Positions 57,735 through 64,000 of a DNA stretch of 64,000 nt are shown one piece after another. The DNA comes from a bacterium (GTDB lineage Bacteria > UBA8248). The position numbers and the translations under genes are program-made. Position 1 is the stretch's first letter; each line of letters starts with the position of its first letter. The stretch is from the NCBI GenBank assembly GCA_965213625.1, contig CBDBZU010000004.1, forward strand, positions 3,744,001 to 3,808,000. The letters are read 5' to 3'. The notes under the pieces were generated by a model that was not told where the DNA came from, made no database searches, and was given only the letters and a program-made list of their open reading frames with translations.

Positions 57735-58834
57735 CTAAATCTGGAGTTCCCCGTCCTTCGAGAAGAGCTTTCCGTCCACGTAGACCTCGCCGCCGTCCCT
57801 TAAATCGCACACCATGTCCCAGTGAAGCGCCGAGTTGTTCTTCGATCCGCTCTGGGGATACCCCTTGCCCAGGGCCAGATGCAGGGTGCCGCCGATTTTC
57901 TCGTCGAACAGCGTGTTCTTCGTAAAGCGCTGGATGCCGGCGTTCAGGCCGAAGGCGAACTCCCCCACCCTCTTCGCGCCATCGTCCATGCCGATCATCG
58001 ATTTCATAAACGCCTCGTTCTTCTCCGCCGTCGCCTTGACGACCTCGCCCTTCTCGAATTCGAGCTCCACGCCGTCCACCTCGCGCCCCGATATGCAGGC
58101 GGGGAAGGAGTAGCGGATTTTGCCGTCGATCCTGTTCTCCTGCGGGCCGGTGAAGACTTCGCCGTCCGGGAAATTGTTGTGTCCCGAGCAGTTCATGAAC
58201 GGACGCCCCGCGATGCCGACGCGCAGGTCGGTGCCGGGCGCGCCGATTTTCACCACCTTGCGGCCCTTCAAGTAGCGGATGACGCGCGCCAGCGCTTGAT
58301 GCCGCCATCCTCGTTCGCGAAACAGGCGCCGAAGACGAAATTCTCATATTCCCGGATCCCCATCTCGGCGTCCTGGGCGTAGGCGTCGGTGGGGAACAGG
58401 GTGAGCGTCCATCTGAGACCACCCTTGCCCTTTGTTTCATGTTCTGCGGCGCGCTTCATGAAGGTCTCCATGATGGGCTGCCTGGTCTTCGAGGCGAGCG
58501 CCTGTTTCTTGGGGTCCGCGCCGGAGAGACGCCGGGTGTTCGTCTCGGAGAGTATGGAGATGACGACGTCCACGTTTTCGACTTCGAATTTCCGCATGGG
58601 CGAGAGGTAGGATATCTGCCTGCGGCTCGCGTGTTCGTAGAAAATCTCCTCGAGCCCAGGCAGCGACACCTCGGCATGGACGTGCGCGCCGCGACGGACG
58701 CACTCGGCGTACAGCGCGCGGATGAGGGGAGCGGCGGCCGTGCTGCCCCGGATGCCCACGAGATCATCCCGCTTTATTTTTGAGGAATACCCCGTGATGA
58801 TCTCCGCCATCCGCTCCACGCGTACATCTTCCAT
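57735..58834 (-). pseudogene. Aminopeptidase (M29, AmpS/PepS type), frameshifted near 58285
   Basis: N-half (RWTLTLFPT..AQDA) and C-half (NFPDGEVFTGP, LFDEKIGGTLHLALG, SALHWDMV) lie in different frames. Confidence 0.85.
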
Positions 58835-59400
58835 CGCTTTCTCTCCCTTGATGATTTGTTCCGGTAATGCCGTAGACGGCTTCACTCGATTCACGGCCCG
58901 CACCTAACGACGCAGGGAGCCGCGATGAATCCTGAAGGCATGATACAACAAAACGGCGGCGGGGTTCAGGGGGCGGGGGGTTCGCGCGTGATGGAAATCA
59001 CTTCTAACGGTTTGCACTAGAAGGAGCGAGTCAAAATATCCTCCGCTTCACCCCATGTAATGAGGCGAGTACTCCATAGGAACCAACCCATTCGCCCGCC
59101 CATATTTCGCATTGATCATCAATTCGAGTGCAAGGGACAATCTCCTCTTGAGATTGATACCAACTTTCGCACCCTTGCGCAGGGATAGATTGCGTTAATC
59201 GCAGTTCCTTCTTCCTTAGTCGGAACTGTCCACATCGATCCGTAAACGCTCCTTTCCAGCAGAGTCGATTTCCATCGCCACGACAGCTTGCGCGGCCAGT
59301 ACGAGTCGGAGTAGATTGCCTGCCGCCGGAAAAAATCTCAGCTACATCGTTGGCGCAAGTTTATTTGGCAGCTACGGGTGAGGACCACTTCGCCCCTGGT

Positions 59401-61035
59401 ATGGATATCGACATGCTAGCAGATGCGCTATTGTCCGTCGGCGTGATGATCGTCGTCGCCAAACTGGCCGAGGGAATCTTCAGGCGCTTTCGTCTCAACT
59501 CGATCATCGCCTACACGTTGACCGGCATTCTTCTCGGACCCGTTCTGGGATTCGTCGATCTCAGCGACCACATTTACGTCTTGCTGGGCCTCGGCATCTT
59601 TCTCTATTTCTTCCTGATCGGTTTGGACGAAATCGACGTGTCGGGGTTCATGGCGGCCATTCGCGGCCGGTTTTTCGTGGCTGCGCTCATCTCGGTCATC
59701 ATCCCCCTCCTGGCCTCCCTGGTCATCACCCTGGACTTGTTCCACGATTTCGGGCTGGGGCTCGACTTCGACGGCTCACTGGCAATCGCGGGCGTCTTGT
59801 CCCTGACCAGCCTGGGGGTTCTCGCCAAGGTGCTGATCGATTCCGATCAGTTGCGGCAGCCCGTCGGGATCGAGATGTTTACGACCGCGCTCATCGCCGA
59901 GTTGCTGGTGCTGCTGCTCGTGGGATTCACCATCGGTGATTTCACGCACACCCTGAACTGGAAGGGGGTGCTCATCCTGTTGGGGCAGATCGCGGGCTTC
60001 ATCGTGGTGACCTGGGTGCTGGCGGGCCAGGTCATTCCGCGGCTGATCGAAGCGCTGGAGCGCATGCTGCGCGTCCCCCAGCTTTCATTCGGCCTGATCC
60101 TGGGCATCCTGCTCATCGTGGTCGTGTGCTCCGAAAAATTCGGCCTGCATGGCACTCTGGGAGCGTTAGTCCTCGGCGTCGCCTTCTCGAGGCTGCCGCA
60201 TCAGGTGCAGCGGGACATCATCCCGAGCCTGAGGAGCATCGCCGACGGTTTTTTCGTGCCGCTTTTTTTCTCCTCGGCCGGGCTGCACGTGGACCTTTCG
60301 TTCATCGAGCTACCTGTTCTGACCATTGCGGCCCTGATGGTTGCGCCCCTGATAGCGAAGTTCGCCGGGGCGTCTTTGGGCGCGCTCGTAGTGCGGCTCG
60401 ATGCGCCTTTCACCATCGCAACCGGGCTGATGGCCAAAGGCGTCGCCGAAATCGCCATCCTGCTGGTGCTACACGAACATGACGTCATCGGGCGGCCCGT
60501 ATTCTCCCTTCTCGTGCTCATCATGCTGGTCTACATCCTTTTCGCGCCGCCGCTCATCAGCTTCGCGGTAAACCGCGCCAAACCTCACGGACGCTTCAGG
60601 CCACCACAATCCCTGCCGCCCACCCTGGTCCGTTACGCCCTGGACGATGTCACAGTCGGCGACGTCATCGACCGGGAGCACGTATATCCCGGGCCGGAAC
60701 TCTCGGTGCGCGAGTTCGCCGATGAGTGGATCGCGCCCCACCAGCACGACTACGTGGTGGCGAAGGAAGAAGAGCTGGTCGGCGTCGTCTCGCTTACGAT
60801 GCTCAGCTATCTGCCCAAACACTCGTGGTTCGAGACCCCGCTCAGCAATATGGCGCGTGGAAACACGCCGAACACGTTTCCGGATGAACACGTCGAAGAC
60901 GCCCTGCAACGGATGATGGAGTACTCACAGACGGTGATTCCGGTCCTGGAGCGGGGGTCACGCAAGTTCGTGGGCGCGATTTCCAGCCAGGAGATTCTCG
61001 AACTCATGACCGCCGAAGCCAGGGGCGGGTATTAG
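59401..61035 (+). CDS. CPA2 cation:proton antiporter with C-terminal CBS pair
   Basis: GILLGP, LSLTSLGV, FFVPLFF and GLMAKG motifs; CBS-like tail. Confidence 0.85.
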   Translation: MDIDMLADALLSVGVMIVVAKLAEGIFRRFRLNSIIAYTLTGILLGPVLGFVDLSDHIYVLLGLGIFLYFFLIGLDEIDVSGFMAAIRGRFFVAALISVIIPLLASLVITLDLFHDFGLGLDFDGSLAIAGVLSLTSLGVLAKVLIDSDQLRQPVGIEMFTTALIAELLVLLLVGFTIGDFTHTLNWKGVLILLGQIAGFIVVTWVLAGQVIPRLIEALERMLRVPQLSFGLILGILLIVVVCSEKFGLHGTLGALVLGVAFSRLPHQVQRDIIPSLRSIADGFFVPLFFSSAGLHVDLSFIELPVLTIAALMVAPLIAKFAGASLGALVVRLDAPFTIATGLMAKGVAEIAILLVLHEHDVIGRPVFSLLVLIMLVYILFAPPLISFAVNRAKPHGRFRPPQSLPPTLVRYALDDVTVGDVIDREHVYPGPELSVREFADEWIAPHQHDYVVAKEEELVGVVSLTMLSYLPKHSWFETPLSNMARGNTPNTFPDEHVEDALQRMMEYSQTVIPVLERGSRKFVGAISSQEILELMTAEARGGY

Positions 61036-61041
61036 GTCGAG

Positions 61042-62760
61042 TCAATTCAAAGACTGGAGGCTCATTCTTTCGGGAACGACATCGCTCTTTACGCGGACGT
61101 CCACAACCGCCGGCAGCGTGCTTTCGAGGGCTTCCGACAAGGCGCCTTCGAGGTCGCCGCTGCGCTCGACGCGGACACCTGCGCAACCGAATGCGCGGGC
61201 AATGGACGCGAAATCGAGTTCGGAAAACTCCGTCGAGATGAAGCGGGACTCGTAAAGTGAGCGCTGATTCTCCCTGATGTACTGGAGGTTCGAGTTATTC
61301 ATGATGCAAACGGTGATATCGGCGCCGCTTCTAAGCGCAGTCTCCAACTCCTGGATAACCATCGCGAACCCGCCGTCGCCGCATAAAGCGACTACTCTTT
61401 GGCCTGGGTTCGCCAGAGAATGCGCGATAGCAGCAGGCAGCGAGAATCCCATTACGCCGAAACCGCGCGGACCCATATAGCTTCGCCCCGGTTTTCTGAC
61501 TTCGAAATATTGCCCGCCCCAGATTTGGTTGAAACCGGAATCGCAGACAAGAACGTCTTCCGCACTCATCGTATTGCGCAGCGCGCGAATCACCTGAAGC
61601 GGGTGGACGGGCGATGTCTCATCGTCCCGGGCGACAGCGGAGTCGACCCCGCTCTCCTGCCGCCATCGCGACGTGAGCGCCGAAACTTCTTCGCGCCACG
61701 AATCATTCGTGGCGATGGCGCCTTTGGACCTGATGATTTCCAGCATGGACCGTAGAACGGCTTTTACATCTCCGGGCAAGGCTAAATCTACGAAATAGTT
61801 GCGGCCGATCTGGGTCGGTTCGATATCGATCTGAACAATCCGCGTCTTCTTGTCCGGAATTCGCCACGCCGCCGTGTCGACATTGGTGAACCGTGTCCCC
61901 AGAGCCAAGGCGAAATCGGCGCCCAGCACATACTCATTCGTTGCCGGTCGGCCTATCAAGCCGAAGGGACCAATGCACAAGGGGTGGTTCTCCGCCAACG
62001 CGCCCTTTCCCATGAACGTGGTGGCGACGGGGATTCCCAGCAACTCAGCGAGTTCCTTTACTTCTTCCGACGCATTCGACGCGACCGCCCCGCCTCCGGC
62101 CAAAATTATCGGATGCTTTGCAGCCAGCAACGAATCGGCGGCGGCGGAAATATCTTCTTCTGGCGGCGTCAGCCGGTTCGCCGGAAATCGGCCATAACGC
62201 TCATCCACTTCCAATTCTGACGGGCTGAACTCGCGCCGACCCTTGAGGGCGTCCAGGGGAAAGTTCAGAAGCACGGGTCCGGGCCTGCCCGTCGTGGCGA
62301 TTTGAAAGGCGCGCGCCATGAATTCCGGGATACGCGCGACATGGTCCACGGAGAAGATTTTTTTCGTGATGGGCCTGAAGACACCGACCTGATCGATCTC
62401 CTGGAAGGAATCCCGTCCGCGCCAATCGGTTCGGATGTCCGATATCATGGCGATGACGGGGATGCCGGAGGTGAAGGCTTCCGAGATGCCGCTGACCAGG
62501 TTGGTGGCGCCCGGCCCGACCGCGGCGTCACAAACCCCGACCTTGCCGGTCGCTCTCGCGTAAGCGTCCGCCATATGAGCCGCCGCCTGTTCGTGCCGCA
62601 CCAACACATGACGGATGTCGGAGCGATGATAGATGGCATCATAGATATGCGTTTGATCGCCGGGCAAACCGAACATCATATCGACGCCGAACCTGCTCAG
62701 CATCTCGACCACGGCTGCGCCGCCGGTCATCATTTGATCACCTGCACTTGGAGTCTGCAT
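61042..62760 (-). CDS. Thiamine diphosphate-dependent enzyme (AHAS-like)
   Basis: RHEQAAAHMADAYAR, GPGATN, GRPGPV and GDGGF..NN motifs. Confidence 0.92.
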   Translation of the reverse strand: MQTPSAGDQMMTGGAAVVEMLSRFGVDMMFGLPGDQTHIYDAIYHRSDIRHVLVRHEQAAAHMADAYARATGKVGVCDAAVGPGATNLVSGISEAFTSGIPVIAMISDIRTDWRGRDSFQEIDQVGVFRPITKKIFSVDHVARIPEFMARAFQIATTGRPGPVLLNFPLDALKGRREFSPSELEVDERYGRFPANRLTPPEEDISAAADSLLAAKHPIILAGGGAVASNASEEVKELAELLGIPVATTFMGKGALAENHPLCIGPFGLIGRPATNEYVLGADFALALGTRFTNVDTAAWRIPDKKTRIVQIDIEPTQIGRNYFVDLALPGDVKAVLRSMLEIIRSKGAIATNDSWREEVSALTSRWRQESGVDSAVARDDETSPVHPLQVIRALRNTMSAEDVLVCDSGFNQIWGGQYFEVRKPGRSYMGPRGFGVMGFSLPAAIAHSLANPGQRVVALCGDGGFAMVIQELETALRSGADITVCIMNNSNLQYIRENQRSLYESRFISTEFSELDFASIARAFGCAGVRVERSGDLEGALSEALESTLPAVVDVRVKSDVVPERMSLQSLN

Positions 62761-62767
62761 CTTCTTC

Positions 62768-64000
62768 TCAAGGAACGTGGATGGCGTTGGGCAGGAGCTC
62801 GTTCTCCAGATACTCTTTCGCATCTGCGTGGGTGAGAAAGTTCGGCGGCGGGAACTCGGCGGCCATGTCCCAATCATCGCCGGTCGCTTCCATATGGGCG
62901 GCGATGCGGGCGTCGAACTCATCCATCAGTGATGTGCGGTCCGGGTCGTCCACGAGGTTATTCTGCTCGTGGTAATCCGAGCGCTCATCATAGAGCATCA
63001 CCCGGCGATCCTTATGTCGCACATAGAGCCAATCCTTCGTACGAATGCCTCGCTGCGCGTAAGGCGCATACTCGCCCTTCTGGCCATCGGTTTGATGGAA
63101 GACCTGGTACATGATCGCATCACGCGCCTCTGAAGCATCGCCGTCAAGGACGGAAAGGTAGCTTTGGCCGTGCATTTCTTCGGGCGGGGCCGCGCCGCAA
63201 AGGTCGAGAAGCGTCGGCATCATATCGACACCCACGTCGACCATGGCTTCGGACTTCTGAGGTGCGAAGCGGGCGGGGTAACGGACGATCAAAGGAACGT
63301 GCATGGACGCGCGATAGGCCTGGCACTTGATACCGCATAAGAAACCGTGCTGGCCGAACATGTCGCCGTGATCGCTCAGGAAAACAACCATCGTATCATC
63401 CGCGATCCCGAGACTGTCGAGCTGGTTCAGGATCCTTCCGAGGTTCCAGTCGATATTATGGATCATGCCGTAATACTCGGCGATGAACTGTCGTATCTCG
63501 GCCTCGGTTTCCGGTTCACCCGGGGGCTTGGTGTCGTAGGCAGCGTGGCTGTGATGCAGCGACCGGGGGTCGCCGCCGCAATAGACCTCTTTTCGAAACT
63601 GCTGGAACGATCGCTGCAATTCCGGATTCGGAACGCCGGGAGGGAGTGGAACTTCATCCGGGCGATAGACGTGGCGCAGATACTCGGGCATATCCATCGG
63701 GAAATGTGGCGGACCGTAGCTTACATAGCCGAAGAAGGGCTTGCCGTCCCCGGCGAGCGCAGCGCTCTCGATAAACTCCATGAACTGATCCGTCTGGTAA
63801 TCCGGCTCATAGCGCTCCGAGTGATAGGCTTGGCCGTCATCGTCGAAATAAATCGATGAGAGGTAATCGTGTCCCCGATTGAACCCGACGAAGTGCTCAA
63901 AACCAAATCGTCGGTCCGGCGGCACGAAACCCGGCTTCGGTCCACCCTCGAGATGCCACTTCCCGACGTAGCCCGTCCGATAACCCGCATCTCTCAGACA
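62768..64000 (-). CDS. Sulfatase (5' end outside the window)
   Basis: Frame is open to the edge: LRDAGYRTGYVGKWHL, PPHFP, FLSDHG and VPLIVRYP. Confidence 0.9.
   Translation of the reverse strand, partial: CLRDAGYRTGYVGKWHLEGGPKPGFVPPDRRFGFEHFVGFNRGHDYLSSIYFDDDGQAYHSERYEPDYQTDQFMEFIESAALAGDGKPFFGYVSYGPPHFPMDMPEYLRHVYRPDEVPLPPGVPNPELQRSFQQFRKEVYCGGDPRSLHHSHAAYDTKPPGEPETEAEIRQFIAEYYGMIHNIDWNLGRILNQLDSLGIADDTMVVFLSDHGDMFGQHGFLCGIKCQAYRASMHVPLIVRYPARFAPQKSEAMVDVGVDMMPTLLDLCGAAPPEEMHGQSYLSVLDGDASEARDAIMYQVFHQTDGQKGEYAPYAQRGIRTKDWLYVRHKDRRVMLYDERSDYHEQNNLVDDPDRTSLMDEFDARIAAHMEATGDDWDMAAEFPPPNFLTHADAKEYLENELLPNAIHVP

Overview
GC-rich bacterial chromosomal window, mostly transport and catabolic genes. 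These include the end of an mrp antiporter operon, an Fe3+/PgtC-type ABC transporter, arsC plus an aquaporin, three ThDP enzymes, a divergent SucCD-like ligase, a hydantoinase/oxoprolinase operon and a partial sulfatase. There are also two MNT-HEPN toxin-antitoxin pairs, a two-component system, tRNA-Val(TAC) and a frameshifted aminopeptidase. The gene content suggests a Nitrospinota/Tectomicrobia-like heterotroph, but this is a weak inference. Intergenic gaps are packed with at least four palindromic repeat families, often nested. Best leads: (1) a two-domain sulfurtransferase whose catalytic codon is an in-frame TGA followed by a SECIS-like hairpin, a likely selenoprotein that the ORF track truncates; (2) a 1.5-kb locus where a small GIY-YIG nuclease gene and an orphan hicB each sit between composite palindromic repeats with tandemly amplified ends; (3) a secreted SoxA/TsdA-like cytochrome c bracketed by Asn-Pro-Cys repeats, next to a diheme cytochrome; (4) an orphan promoter/operator followed by a structured non-coding stretch near 36.4 kb. 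Family calls come from motif recognition only; no searches were run.
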